DNA of 64,000 nucleotides from Allosphingosinicella sp. (GTDB lineage: Bacteria > Pseudomonadota > Alphaproteobacteria > Sphingomonadales > Sphingomonadaceae). The stretch covers positions 2,328 through 66,327 of the forward strand of contig DASYKV010000066.1 of NCBI GenBank assembly GCA_035994965.1. The letters run 5' to 3'. How positions within the stretch are numbered: the stretch's first letter is position 1; every line of letters starts with the position of its first letter. Positions 22,175 to 32,005 of the stretch are shown here, in pieces. Position numbers and translations under genes: made by a program. The notes below the pieces were generated by a model that worked only from the letters and a program-made list of their open reading frames with translations, ran no database searches and was not told where the DNA came from.

Positions 22175-22201
22175 GCTCCTCATCGGAGCGGGAGCTTATC
22201 C

Positions 22202-22762
22202 ATGGAAGTCTGGCACGGCACGACGATCATCGGCGTGCGCAAGAACGGCAAGGCGGTGATCGCCGGCGACGGCCAGGTGTCGCTGCAATCGACGGTGATC
22301 AAGCCCAATGCCAGGAAGGTCCGCCGGCTCGGCGCCAAAGAGGGCAAGGAGGGCAAGGTGATCGGCGGCTTCGCCGGCGCCACCGCCGACGCCTTCACCT
22401 TGTTCGAGCGGCTGGAGCGCAAGCTCGAGCAGCATAACGGCCAGCTGATGCGCGCCGCGGTCGAGCTCGCCAAGGACTGGCGCACCGACAAATATCTCAG
22501 GAACCTCGAGGCGATGATGATCGTCGCCGACAAGGACGTGACCCTGATCCTGACCGGAAACGGCGACGTGCTCGAGCCCGCCGCCGGGGTCGCGGCGATC
22601 GGCTCGGGCGGCAATTTCGCGCTCTCGGCCGCGATGGCGCTCTACGATTATGAGGAGGATGCCGAGACCATCGCCCGCAAGGCGATGAAGATCGCCGCCG
22701 ACATCTGCGTTTACACCAACGACCAGCTCACCCTGGAGGCGATCGAGGACGCGGCGGCCTAG
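22202..22762 (+). CDS. hslV: ATP-dependent protease subunit HslV
   Basis: [29 protein letters not shown] and GSGG motifs. Confidence 0.97.
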   Translation: MEVWHGTTIIGVRKNGKAVIAGDGQVSLQSTVIKPNARKVRRLGAKEGKEGKVIGGFAGATADAFTLFERLERKLEQHNGQLMRAAVELAKDWRTDKYLRNLEAMMIVADKDVTLILTGNGDVLEPAAGVAAIGSGGNFALSAAMALYDYEEDAETIARKAMKIAADICVYTNDQLTLEAIEDAAA

Positions 22763-23604
22763 CCGGCCAGTATCCACCGCTCGAACGCCTGCATCGCGGG
22801 CGTCGGCCGCTTCGATTTGAGCCGGGTCAGCCAATAGCCGCCCATGGCGATTTCGGTCGGGAACGGCCGCGCCGCGCGCCCTTCGAACAAAGCCGCGGGC
22901 GCAAGCGCGACGCCATGGCCGGCGAGCGCCGCCTCGACCATCAGCGCGGCCGAATCGAACACCGGCCCGGTCAGCGGCGGCAGCGCGGCTCCCGCCGCCT
23001 CGAACCAGGCAGGCCATTCCTCGTCGCGATAGGAGCGCAGCAGGGTCTCGCCCGTGAGGTCGGCCGGCGTGCGCAACCGGGCCGCGGTGGCGGCGTCGCA
23101 GAGCGCGGTCAGCGGCGCCTCGAACAGCAGCCGCGCCTCGGTGCCGTGCCAGGCGCCGTCGCCGAAGCGGATCGCGAAATCGAGCCCTTCCTCGGAGATG
23201 TCGACCCGGTTGTTGTTGGTGCTGAGCCTGAGGTCGACCTCCGGATGGGCGGCCGCGAACGCCTCCAGCCTGGGCAGCAGCCAGCCGACGGCGAAGCTGC
23301 CGACCGCGCCGACCGAGAGCAAAGCCCGGCCTCGGCCGTCGTCGAACCGGCCGAGCGCGCCGGCGATCGCATCGAACGCTTCGCGCAGCACCGGCAGCAG
23401 CGCCCGGCCCTCGTCGGTCAGCGCCAGCCCGCGCGGCAGCCGGTGGAACAAGGGCGCGCCGAGCCGGTCCTCGAGCGCCCTGACCTGGTGGCCGAGAGCG
23501 GCCGCGGTCACGTTGAGCTCGATCGCCGCCTTGGTGAAGCTCAGATGCCGCGCCGACGCCTCGAAGGCGCGAAGGCCGTTCAGCGGCAGATAGGGCCGGA
23601 TCAT
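22759..23604 (-). CDS. AmpR-like LysR family regulator
   Basis: [38 protein letters not shown] and FDS motifs typical of the AmpR/PenR subfamily. Confidence 0.8.
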   Translation of the reverse strand: MIRPYLPLNGLRAFEASARHLSFTKAAIELNVTAAALGHQVRALEDRLGAPLFHRLPRGLALTDEGRALLPVLREAFDAIAGALGRFDDGRGRALLSVGAVGSFAVGWLLPRLEAFAAAHPEVDLRLSTNNNRVDISEEGLDFAIRFGDGAWHGTEARLLFEAPLTALCDAATAARLRTPADLTGETLLRSYRDEEWPAWFEAAGAALPPLTGPVFDSAALMVEAALAGHGVALAPAALFEGRAARPFPTEIAMGGYWLTRLKSKRPTPAMQAFERWILAG

Positions 23605-23705
23605 AGGCACGCCTCCGTCATTATCCTAACGCACGCGCCGGCCGGCGACAGCCAAGGAAAAGTCCGGCCTGCCCCGAATCCTTCTCGCTTATCCGCCCCA
23701 AGCGC

Positions 23706-23783
23706 CCGGTGACAGTTACCTAAGTGTAGCGCCCCGGTGACAGTTACCTAAGTGTCCCGGTGACAGTTACCTAACTGTCACCG
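23706..23783. repeat. Three tandem copies of CCGGTGACAGTTACCTAA; the last forms a hairpin
   Basis: Read directly; same core as the repeat at 36858-36903. Confidence 0.9.
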
Positions 23784-23887
23784 ATTTGGGAGATAAGCGC
23801 GCCTCCGTTGCCACTCTGGCATCCCCGATGGCTTGCGACAGCCAAGGAAAAGTTGGGCCAGCCGCGAGACTTTTTCGCGGGAGGGAA

Positions 23888-23915
23888 GCTGGATTCCCGC
23901 TTTCGCGGGAATGAC
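23888..23915. repeat. Single REP
   Basis: gctggattcccgctttcgcgggaatgac. Confidence 0.85.
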
Positions 23916-23937
23916 GGGAGAGGCTAGGGTCGCCGCC

Positions 23938-25032
23938 ATGCACCGCCGCGCCTTTCTCGGCTCCGCCGCCGCGACCCTCGCCCTTCCCGGCTGCGCGACG
24001 ATGCGGACGCGCGCCGCCGCCGCCGCGCCCACCGGCTGCCTGCCGCCGGTGCTGGTCTCGCCAGAGCGCGTCATCCGCACCGTCGCCGGCCTCAGGCCCT
24101 ATCGCGCGGCGGGCTTCGTCGTCCGCGCCGAGGCGCTCGGCGCCAAGCGCCTGGTCCATAATTACGGCCATGGCGGCGCCGGCATCACTTTGTCCTGGGG
24201 CACGTCGCGGCTCGCCACCCTGCTCGGCCTTCAAGGCCATCAGGGCCCGGTCGCGGTGCTCGGCGCGGGCGTGATGGGCCTCACCACGGCGCGGCTCGTG
24301 CAGGAGGCGGGCTTCCCCGTCACCATCTACGCCAAGGCGCTGCCCCCCGACACGACCTCGAACATCGCCGGCGGGCAATGGCATCCGTTCGGCCATTTCC
24401 AGCGCGCCGCGGTCACGCCGGAATGGCGGGCCCAATATCTCGCCGCCGCCGAATATAGCTGGCGGCGCTTCCAGATCATGGTCGGCGACGATTACGGCAT
24501 TCGCTGGCTGCCCACCTATGTCGAGCGGGAGGACGGGGCGGAGCCGCCGCTCTTCCCCTATTTCCCGCCCCAGAGCCGCGCCCTCGCGCCGGCCGAGCAT
24601 CCTTTTCCCATCGGCCATCTCGCCCGCTACGACACCATGTATGTCGAGACCGGCCGCTTCCTGCGCCAGCTCACCCGCGACCTGCAGATCGCCGGCGGCA
24701 CGATCCGGATCCGCGAATTCCAGACCCCGGCCGACATCGCCGCTTTGCCCGAAATGCTGGTGTTCAACTGCACCGGCCTCGGCGCCCGCGCCCTCTTCGA
24801 CGACCGGGACTTGCTGCCGATCCGCGGCCAGCTCGCCATCCTGCTGCCCCAGCCCGAAATCCGCTATGCGATCAATTGCGAAGCCGGCTACATGTTTCCC
24901 CGCCCGGACGGCATCCTGCTCGGCGGCACCTATGAGCGCGGCGAATGGGACGCGACTCCGCAGCCCGCCGACATCGCGCGAATCCTCGCCAGCCACCAGC
25001 GCCTGTTCGGCCAGTTCCGCTGCACCGCTTGA
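23938..25032 (+). CDS. D-amino-acid oxidase-like FAD oxidoreductase, Tat lipoprotein
   Basis: MHRRAFLG twin-Arg and LPGC lipobox; AGLRPYR, HNYGHGGAGITLSWG, VLGAGVMG and TTSNIAGG motifs. Confidence 0.88.
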   Translation: MHRRAFLGSAAATLALPGCATMRTRAAAAAPTGCLPPVLVSPERVIRTVAGLRPYRAAGFVVRAEALGAKRLVHNYGHGGAGITLSWGTSRLATLLGLQGHQGPVAVLGAGVMGLTTARLVQEAGFPVTIYAKALPPDTTSNIAGGQWHPFGHFQRAAVTPEWRAQYLAAAEYSWRRFQIMVGDDYGIRWLPTYVEREDGAEPPLFPYFPPQSRALAPAEHPFPIGHLARYDTMYVETGRFLRQLTRDLQIAGGTIRIREFQTPADIAALPEMLVFNCTGLGARALFDDRDLLPIRGQLAILLPQPEIRYAINCEAGYMFPRPDGILLGGTYERGEWDATPQPADIARILASHQRLFGQFRCTA

Positions 25033-25127
25033 ACTGGGTCCCCGGGGTGCCAATCTAGCGTGACATGAATTACCAGAAAGCGCCGGACCCCGCTCCGGCA
25101 CCCTCCTCGTCCGGAACGCGATCGGCC

Positions 25128-26429
25128 ATGAAAGACTATCTGACCCCGATGGCGGTGGTCGCCGCGCTGGACGCGCACATCATCGGCCAGGACGACGCCA
25201 AGCGCGCGGTCGCGGTCGCGCTTCGCAACCGCTGGCGCCGCCAGCAGCTGCCCGAGGAACTGCGCGACGAGGTCACGCCCAAGAACATCCTGATGATCGG
25301 CCCGACCGGCTGCGGCAAGACCGAGATCAGCCGGCGCCTCGCCAGGCTCGCCGACGCGCCCTTCGTCAAGGTCGAGGCGACCAAGTTCACCGAGGTCGGC
25401 TATGTCGGCCGAGACGTCGAGCAGATCGCCCGCGACCTGGTCGAGGAAGCGGTGCGGCTCGAGCGCGAGCGCCGCCGCGAGGCGGTGCGCGAGGCGGCCA
25501 GCGTCGCGGCGATGGAGCGGCTGCTCGACGCGCTCGTCGGCAAGGATGCCAGCCAGGCGACCCGCGAGAGCTTCCGCCTTCGCATCGTCGACAATCACAT
25601 GAACGACAATGAGATCGAGATCGACCTCGTCGACACCCCCAACACGCCGTTCGAGATCCCCGGCATGGGCGGCCAGGTCGGCATGATCAACCTCTCCGAC
25701 ATCATGGGCAAGGCGATGGGCCAGCAGCCCCGCAAGAAGCGCAAGATGCGCGTCGCCGACGCCTGGGACAAATTGATCGAGGAGGAATCGGACAAGCGCC
25801 TCGACCCCGACGACGTCAACCGCACCGCCTTGAAGGACGCCGAGGCCAACGGCATCGTCTTCCTCGACGAAATCGACAAGATCGCGGTCTCCGACGTGCG
25901 CGGCGGCTCGGTCAGCAGAGAAGGCGTTCAGCGCGATTTGCTGCCGCTGATCGAGGGCACCACGGTCGCCACCAAATACGGGCCGATGAAGACCGACCAT
26001 ATCCTCTTCATCGCGTCGGGCGCCTTCCACACCGCCAAGCCGTCGGACCTGCTCCCCGAGCTCCAGGGCCGCCTGCCGATCCGGGTCGAGCTGAAGGCGC
26101 TGACGGAAGAGGATTTCGTCCGAATCCTCTCCGACACCCGCGCCAGCCTGACCGAGCAATATCGCGCCTTGCTCGCCACCGAGGGCGTCGAGATCGTGTT
26201 CGCCGAGGACGGCATCCGCGCGCTCGCCCGCATCGCCGCCGAAGTGAACGCCCAGGTCGAGAATATCGGCGCCCGCCGCCTCCAGACCGTGCTCGAGAAG
26301 CTGCTCGAGGACGTCAGCTTCGAGGCCGAGCAGCGCCGCGGCGACAAGGTCGTCGTCGACGCCGCCTACGTCGAGCGCCAGCTCGCCGCCATCGCCCGCG
26401 ACACCGACCTCAGCAAGTACGTCCTCTAG
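25128..26429 (+). CDS. hslU: ATP-dependent protease ATPase subunit HslU
   Basis: [28 protein letters not shown] and GVQRDLLP motifs. Confidence 0.98.
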   Translation: MKDYLTPMAVVAALDAHIIGQDDAKRAVAVALRNRWRRQQLPEELRDEVTPKNILMIGPTGCGKTEISRRLARLADAPFVKVEATKFTEVGYVGRDVEQIARDLVEEAVRLERERRREAVREAASVAAMERLLDALVGKDASQATRESFRLRIVDNHMNDNEIEIDLVDTPNTPFEIPGMGGQVGMINLSDIMGKAMGQQPRKKRKMRVADAWDKLIEEESDKRLDPDDVNRTALKDAEANGIVFLDEIDKIAVSDVRGGSVSREGVQRDLLPLIEGTTVATKYGPMKTDHILFIASGAFHTAKPSDLLPELQGRLPIRVELKALTEEDFVRILSDTRASLTEQYRALLATEGVEIVFAEDGIRALARIAAEVNAQVENIGARRLQTVLEKLLEDVSFEAEQRRGDKVVVDAAYVERQLAAIARDTDLSKYVL

Positions 26430-26443
26430 CCATCCACCCTGGC

Positions 26444-26495
26444 GGGGATACATGCTAGCATCACCGGGCGGGGACACATGCTAGCATGTGTCCCC
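26444..26495. repeat. GGGGAC...GTCCCC palindrome with a partial upstream copy
   Basis: ggggatacatgctagcat and ggggacacatgctagcatgtgtcccc. Confidence 0.8.
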
Positions 26496-26524
26496 AGTCA
26501 TTCGATTCGGAACGGGAGGCCAGG

Positions 26525-26923
26525 ATGCTCGAAGGCGGCTGCCATTGCGGCGCGATCCGTTATTGGGTGCGGGGCGATCCCGTCCATGCCGCGCTCTGCC
26601 ATTGCAGCGACTGCCGCCGCCATTCCGGCGCGCCGATGGTCTGCTGGACCTTGTTCGGCAATGACGCCTTCGCGGTCACCAAGGGCGAGGCCAGAATCTA
26701 TGCCTCCTCCGAGCATGGCCGGCGGCATTTCTGCGGCGATTGCGGCACGTCGCTCTTCTACACCAGCGAGGCCGTCTTTCCCGGCCAGACCGACGTCCAG
26801 TCGGGGACCCTCGACGATCCCGCCGCGCTGCCGCCGCAGGGACAGATCCAGACCGCCGAGCGGATCGCCTGGATGACCGACCTGGACGGCCTGCCCCAGT
26901 TCGAACGCTTCCCGGGCGGCTGA
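26525..26923 (+). CDS. GFA (CENP-V) family protein
   Basis: GGCHCGAIRY, CHCSDCRR and FCGDCGT motifs. Confidence 0.93.
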   Translation: MLEGGCHCGAIRYWVRGDPVHAALCHCSDCRRHSGAPMVCWTLFGNDAFAVTKGEARIYASSEHGRRHFCGDCGTSLFYTSEAVFPGQTDVQSGTLDDPAALPPQGQIQTAERIAWMTDLDGLPQFERFPGG

Positions 26924-26979
26924 CGACTCGCGCCGGGCCGCGCTTCATCGCCGGAGTCCAACGTCCTGCCCCGCGCGAT

Positions 26980-27003
26980 GAACTTATCGCGCGCGCGCCT
27001 GTT
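26980..27003 (+). promoter_or_regulatory. Putative EcfG/sigmaT general-stress promoter
   Basis: GAAC-N17-GTT about 35 nt upstream of the ATG at 27039. Confidence 0.5.
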
Positions 27004-27038
27004 CATTCTTTCAAATCCGTTTTTTGGAGGAACGCACA

Positions 27039-27671
27039 ATGACCCTCAGGATCAAATTGCTCGCGGCCGCCGCCTTCGCGCTTCCTGCCAGCATGGCGAG
27101 CGCCCAGCAGACCGCCCCGACCGCTCCGCCGCCGCCGATGGGCGGCACCGTCAACCCAGCCACCCAGGCCAACGTGCCGCCGCAGCCGGTTGTCCCGCCG
27201 GCCGAAACCCCGGTCCCGAGCGCGGCCCAGCCGGCCGAGACCGTGCCCGACGTCGCCGAGGAAGCCGCCGACGCGGTGGAGGCCGACGCCGTCGCTCAGA
27301 CCCGCGTCCAGGCCGCGGCCCAGGGCGAGACCCCGACGGCGACCACGCCGCCGCCGGCCGCTCCGGCAGCGCCCGTCCAGGCTCAGGCGCAGCCTCCGGC
27401 CACGCCGGCTCCGGCACAGCCGGCAGCGAGCGCCGGCGCGATCGCACAGGCGACCCCCGCCGATCTTCGCGCCGGCGTCCAGGTGCACGACGAATCGGGT
27501 GGGCTCGTCGGCACGGTAGAGACCGCCGATGCAGGCGGCGCGGTCATCAACACCGGCGTCGCCCGGGCGAGGATCGTGCTCAGCAGCTTCGGGCGCAACA
27601 ATCGGGGCCTCGTCATCTCCATGACCAAGGCCCAGTTCGAAGCGGCCGCCTCGGCCGCCAATCCGAGCTAG
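27039..27671 (+). CDS. Secreted Pro/Ala-rich protein with a small C-terminal beta-barrel-like domain
   Basis: GGAGG RBS; signal peptide; low-complexity middle; LRAGVQVHDESGGLVGTVE. Confidence 0.75.
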   Translation: MTLRIKLLAAAAFALPASMASAQQTAPTAPPPPMGGTVNPATQANVPPQPVVPPAETPVPSAAQPAETVPDVAEEAADAVEADAVAQTRVQAAAQGETPTATTPPPAAPAAPVQAQAQPPATPAPAQPAASAGAIAQATPADLRAGVQVHDESGGLVGTVETADAGGAVINTGVARARIVLSSFGRNNRGLVISMTKAQFEAAASAANPS

Positions 27672-27770
27672 TTTCCCGCTCACCCCCCGATCGCTCTAAG
27701 GGCGATCGGTCAAGAAGCCGCGCCGGTTGTCCCCCTCCCCGGCGCGGCTTTTTATGTGTAGGCGCCGGCC

Positions 27771-29801
27771 ATGGTCTTCCTGGCTTCCGTCCTCCTGCTG
27801 GCCGCCGGCCAGCCGCAGGAGATCGTCGTCACCGGCCGCGGCCTCGATGCGGCGCCGGGCGACGCGGCCTACGATCTGGTGACGATCGATCGCGACCGTT
27901 TGGCCCACAGCCCGTCGAACCGGCTCGAGGACATCCTGCGCGATGTCCCCGGCTTCCAGCAATTCCGCCGCTCCGACGCCCGCAGCGCCAATCCGACCAG
28001 CCAGGGCGCGACCTTGCGCGCTTTGGGCGGCAATGCGTCGAGCCGCATCCTGCTGCTGCTCGACGGCGTGCCGCAGACCGATCCCTTCGGCGGCTGGATC
28101 GCCTGGCCGGCCATGGATCCGCGCCGGCTCGGCCGGGTGCGCGCGATGCGCGGCGGCGGCACCGGCGCCAACGGGCCCGGCGCGCTCGCCGGCACGATCG
28201 AGCTCGACAGCGCCGCGCCGGACGAAGCGGCGGGCGCCGCCGCGAGCCTCGCTTTCGGCAGCCGCGACGGCATCGACGCCTTTGCCGCCTACGGCGCGCG
28301 GCTCGGCGCGGGCTTCATCGCCGTCTCGGGCGCTTATGCCCGGGGCGACGGCTTCATTCCCATCGTCGAAAGCCAGCGCGGCCCGGCCGACCGCCGCTCG
28401 CCTTACGAGCAGGCAAGCTTGGCCGTGCGCGGCATCGCCCCGTTCTCCGGCGCGGTCGAGCTTCAGGCCAATTTCTCCGCCTTCACCGACGCGCGCGAGC
28501 GCGGCACCGCCTTCAGCGAGATCGAGACGCGCGGCGCCGACGCGTCGCTGCGGCTGGTCGGCCGCGGGCCGGTGCCCTTCTCGGCCCTGGCCTATGTCCA
28601 GGTCCGCGACTTTTCGAACCGATTCGCCGCCGTCGGCGCGGACCGCGCCACCGCGACGCCGACGCTCGACCAATATGCTGTCCCCTCCACCGGCCTCGGC
28701 GCCCGCGTCGAGCTTCGGCCGCGCCTGGGCCCGGCCGTGCTGCGGCTCGGCGCCGACTGGCGCGCGACCGAAGGCCGCACCCAGGAGCTATTCCAGTTCG
28801 TCGCCGGCGCGCCCACCCGCGGCCGCGTCGCCGGCGGCCGCACGACGACGCTCGGCGCCTTTGCCGACGCCAGCCTGGAATCGGGCCCGTTCATCGTCAC
28901 CGGCGGCGGCCGGATCGACAATTGGCGAATCGAAAACGGGCGGCTCGCCGAGCGCCTCCTCGCCAGCCAGGCCCTGCTCACCGACGCTGCCTTCCCCGGC
29001 CGCGGCGGCTGGGAGCCGACCGGCCGCTTCGGCCTCGCCTTGCGCGCGGCGCCGCCGCTCACCTTGCGTGCCGCCGCCTATCTCGGCTGGCGCCTGCCGA
29101 CCCTGAACGAGCTCTATCGCCCGTTCCGCGTCGGCGCCGACGCCACCGCCGCCAATGACGCGCTTGCGCCCGAGCGGCTCGAAGGCGTCGAGGCCGGGCT
29201 CGAGCTCCGCCCCGTCGCGGGCGCCCGCATCGGCCTCACCTTGTTCGCCAACCGCCTGACCGGCGCCATCGCCAATGTGACGCTCGGTCAGGGCCCTGGC
29301 GTCTTCCCGGGCGTCGGCTTCGTCGCCGCGGGCGGCCAATATCGCCGGCGCCAGAATGTCGGCGCGGTCGAGAGCAAGGGGATCGAGATCGACGCGAGCC
29401 TCGACCTCGGCCGCCTGCGCCTCGCCGCCGGCTACAGCTTCGCCGACGCACGGGTCCGCGCCGGCGGCGTCGCCGCCGCGCTCGACGGCCTGCGCCCCGC
29501 GCAGACGCCGCGCCACAGCCTGACCTTCGCTTTGTCCTGGCAGGAGCCGCACGGCGCCCATGCGTCGCTCGGCGCCCGCTACGTCTCCGGCCAATATGAG
29601 GACGATCGCAACGCCCAGCGCATCCCCGACGCGCTCACCTTCGACGCGGCCGCCTCGCTGCCGCTCGTTCGCGGCCTCGCGCTGGACGTGCGGGCCGAGA
29701 ATCTGACCGGCGCGCGCGTCGTCGCCGGCATAAGCGGCGCCGGTATCGTCGAGTGCGCGACGCCGCGCACGCTCTGGCTCGGACTAAACTGGCGCGGGTG
29801 A
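27771..29801 (+). CDS. TonB-dependent receptor
   Basis: EIVVTGRG TonB box, LLLDGVP plug, C-terminal ENLT...PRTLWLGLNW. Confidence 0.92.
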   Translation: MVFLASVLLLAAGQPQEIVVTGRGLDAAPGDAAYDLVTIDRDRLAHSPSNRLEDILRDVPGFQQFRRSDARSANPTSQGATLRALGGNASSRILLLLDGVPQTDPFGGWIAWPAMDPRRLGRVRAMRGGGTGANGPGALAGTIELDSAAPDEAAGAAASLAFGSRDGIDAFAAYGARLGAGFIAVSGAYARGDGFIPIVESQRGPADRRSPYEQASLAVRGIAPFSGAVELQANFSAFTDARERGTAFSEIETRGADASLRLVGRGPVPFSALAYVQVRDFSNRFAAVGADRATATPTLDQYAVPSTGLGARVELRPRLGPAVLRLGADWRATEGRTQELFQFVAGAPTRGRVAGGRTTTLGAFADASLESGPFIVTGGGRIDNWRIENGRLAERLLASQALLTDAAFPGRGGWEPTGRFGLALRAAPPLTLRAAAYLGWRLPTLNELYRPFRVGADATAANDALAPERLEGVEAGLELRPVAGARIGLTLFANRLTGAIANVTLGQGPGVFPGVGFVAAGGQYRRRQNVGAVESKGIEIDASLDLGRLRLAAGYSFADARVRAGGVAAALDGLRPAQTPRHSLTFALSWQEPHGAHASLGARYVSGQYEDDRNAQRIPDALTFDAAASLPLVRGLALDVRAENLTGARVVAGISGAGIVECATPRTLWLGLNWRG

Positions 29802-29806
29802 AAAGG

Positions 29807-29836
29807 GAGTCATCCCCGCGAAGGCCGGGATGACTC
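29807..29836. repeat. REP palindrome
   Basis: gagtcatccccgcgaaggccgggatgactc. Confidence 0.85.
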
Positions 29837-30674
29837 AATCCGTGCCGGCGGTCCCCAGATTCTCTTCCATCCAGCGGGCGCCGAACCGGACGATGTCGGC
29901 GGCGTCGATCAATTCGCTCCGTGCCTTGCCCACCGGGCCCTCGCGATGCCGGCCGAGAAGCAGATAGGCCCGGAGGATCACCGCGAAATAATCCTCGCCG
30001 TCCCAATCGGCGATGCCGCCAAGATCGTCGAGGCAGTCGATCCAGGCATGAACCGGCGCGCCGTCCGGCCCGGCCACGACATAATCCCAGCGCACCCTTT
30101 TCTTGTCCGGCAGATCGGCAAGATATTCGGCATAATGGAGCGCCGTCACCGTCTCCGGATCGGCGCCCAGGCGCAGGATCCTGCCGTTGCGGCGGCAGAG
30201 CTTGTCGAGCGGCGATCCCGGGCCGTAATAATCGTCCCACGGCTGATCGGCGAGAAGCGCCTCGGCCTGCGCGCCGCGCGCGCCGAAGCGGCCGCTGGGA
30301 TTGTCGCTGACCTGGGTTCCCGGGCGGCGGCGAAACGCCTCCGCGAGCCAACCGACCTCGGGCAGCACGGGCGCGCGCTTATGGTCGAGAGGCGGCGACC
30401 CTTCGAGCAGGGCCGCCCGCGCCTCGGGCGGATGATCGTAGACCCAGTCCATCGGATAATCGGTGCCGAGCACCATCATCAACGTGCCCGTGGGCCCCAC
30501 CGTCGCTTCGAGCGCGTCGAGCAGCCGCTCCGCGCCGCCCGGGCCGACCTCGCCGCGGCCGAGGCCGATCTTCCGCAGCGAGGCATGGAGCATGAGCAGA
30601 TCGCCCGCGCGCACCCCCAGCCTCACCAGATCCGCCCGCAGATTTTCCTTCGTGTCTTCCTTCGTCATCACCAA
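29835..30674 (-). CDS. Aminoglycoside N3-acetyltransferase (Antibiotic_NAT) family protein
   Basis: GVRAGDLLMLHASLRKIG, GRILRLGA and TALHYAE motifs. Confidence 0.88.
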   Translation of the reverse strand: MVMTKEDTKENLRADLVRLGVRAGDLLMLHASLRKIGLGRGEVGPGGAERLLDALEATVGPTGTLMMVLGTDYPMDWVYDHPPEARAALLEGSPPLDHKRAPVLPEVGWLAEAFRRRPGTQVSDNPSGRFGARGAQAEALLADQPWDDYYGPGSPLDKLCRRNGRILRLGADPETVTALHYAEYLADLPDKKRVRWDYVVAGPDGAPVHAWIDCLDDLGGIADWDGEDYFAVILRAYLLLGRHREGPVGKARSELIDAADIVRFGARWMEENLGTAGTD

Positions 30675-30686
30675 CGCCCTTTCCAG

Positions 30687-30727
30687 AAAACGAAACCGCC
30701 CGACCCGGTCTTGCCGGGCGGGCGGTT
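30687..30727 (-). terminator. Rho-independent terminator of the SWIB gene
   Basis: GC hairpin aaccgcccg-cccgg...ccggg-cgggcggtt followed by a T-rich tail on the minus strand. Confidence 0.75.
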
Positions 30728-30764
30728 CCCTTGCTCTGGTGCCGGGCGTTCGCCGGCGAAGCTT

Positions 30765-31019
30765 CTAGCTGAGATGCTTCGACAGATGCTTGTTCATCTC
30801 GAACATCGAGCAACGATCCTTGCCGAAGATCTTCTTAAGCTTGTCGTCGGCGAGAATCTCGCGCTTGTTCTCGGGATTCTGGAGATTGTTCTTGCGGATG
30901 TGGTCCCAGACCTTGCTGACGACCTGGCTGCGGGGCAGCGGATCGGCGCCCGTGATCGCGGCGAGATCCGCCGAGGGCTTCACCGGACGCTGCAACCCGC
31001 TCTGCCTACCTTGTGCCAT
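30765..31019 (-). CDS. Standalone SWIB/MDM2 domain protein
   Basis: LAAITG..PLPRSQVVSKVWDHIRKNNLQNPENKREILADDKLK..FG. Confidence 0.93.
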   Translation of the reverse strand: MAQGRQSGLQRPVKPSADLAAITGADPLPRSQVVSKVWDHIRKNNLQNPENKREILADDKLKKIFGKDRCSMFEMNKHLSKHLS

Positions 31020-31149
31020 TCTTGCCTCCCTGTGGTTTGCTGCCTCGATAGAGCGCAAATCCACTGCCTTGGCAATGGGGGGTAGGAGACGAAATGGGCC
31101 AGTTTGGCGACAGTCCGTTCGATTTCTGTGGATTGTCAGCGCCGGAGGC

Positions 31150-31968
31150 TCAGAAGCGCCCGAACGGGACCACCTTGTTCGCCGAATCGTGGCCGATATC
31201 GGCGCGGCCGAGATAGGCGATGCCGGCCTCGCCGCACCAGAAGCGGACCAGCTTTTCCTCGTCCTCGCCGAAATCGGGATCGTTGGGCGGGACCTCGCTG
31301 ACCCGGCCGAGCCTGATGCCAGCGATCCGCCGCACCGAATCCTGCCCCACGATGTGGAACAGCGAGCGATCGACCCGGTACATATGCTCCGAAACCTCCT
31401 CGAGCAGAAGCACCTGGCCGGTGAGGTCGGGCTCCAGCGAGGTTCCAAGCAACAGGCTGAACACGGTCATGTTGAACGCGGCGTGGCTGTCGCCGAGCGC
31501 GAGGCCGGGTTCGAGCGCGTCGGCGTCGCGGCGGACGAGCCAGCCGAGCGAGCGCGCCACCGCCGCCTCGCCGCCTTCGCGCAGGATGTCGCGCGGCATC
31601 GGCCCGTGCGCGAGATCGGGGAAGCCCGCCTTCAGGAGGCCGGCGAGCAGATAGCCGGCGTCGCTATAGCCGAGCCAGGCCTTGTCGCGCGCCGCCGGCC
31701 CGAGCCGGGCCAGCGCCGCCCCGGCCACTCGGCAGGCGCCATAGCCGCCGCGCGCGAACCAGATCGCGTCGAACGTCGGGTCGTTGGCGGTCTCGACCAG
31801 AGCCTCGACCCGCTCGGCGTCGGTGCCGGCGAAATGGTTGTGGGAGAGGAAGCATTGCGGGTGGAAATGGACCTCGAGCCCGGGATGGAGCCGCGCCGCG
31901 AGGTCCGTCACGCGCCCCGCCGCCTCCTCGCCGAGCCGGGAGCTCGGCGCCACCACCGCGATCCGCAT
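31150..31968 (-). CDS. LD-carboxypeptidase (peptidase S66)
   Basis: RIAVVAPSS, ARGGYGA, GYSD, LEEVSE and GH motifs. Confidence 0.92.
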   Translation of the reverse strand: MRIAVVAPSSRLGEEAAGRVTDLAARLHPGLEVHFHPQCFLSHNHFAGTDAERVEALVETANDPTFDAIWFARGGYGACRVAGAALARLGPAARDKAWLGYSDAGYLLAGLLKAGFPDLAHGPMPRDILREGGEAAVARSLGWLVRRDADALEPGLALGDSHAAFNMTVFSLLLGTSLEPDLTGQVLLLEEVSEHMYRVDRSLFHIVGQDSVRRIAGIRLGRVSEVPPNDPDFGEDEEKLVRFWCGEAGIAYLGRADIGHDSANKVVPFGRF

Positions 31969-32005
31969 CCTTGCTGCCTCCTTATTCCCTCAATAGGGCG
32001 GTCCC

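Noticed and set aside
16188-22200. Genomic island integrated at tRNA-Pro
   Set aside because: No integrase, no duplicated tRNA 3' end (att site) and host-like GC across the genes; only the adjacency supports it.
23706-23783. Mini CRISPR array
   Set aside because: The repeats are abutting or separated by only a few nt, with no unique spacers and no cas genes. The same core occurs as a REP-type palindrome at 36858.
23833-23937. Longer N-terminus for the oxidase, as in the ORF track (similar extensions for pirin, bamD, secD, azoR)
   Set aside because: The extensions are translations of REPs or upstream genes. The downstream ATGs give proper signal peptides or family N-termini.
30765-31019. SWIB domain as a eukaryote-derived novelty
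   Set aside because: Standalone SWIB/MDM2 proteins are already known in alphaproteobacteria and chlamydiae; codon usage is host-like.
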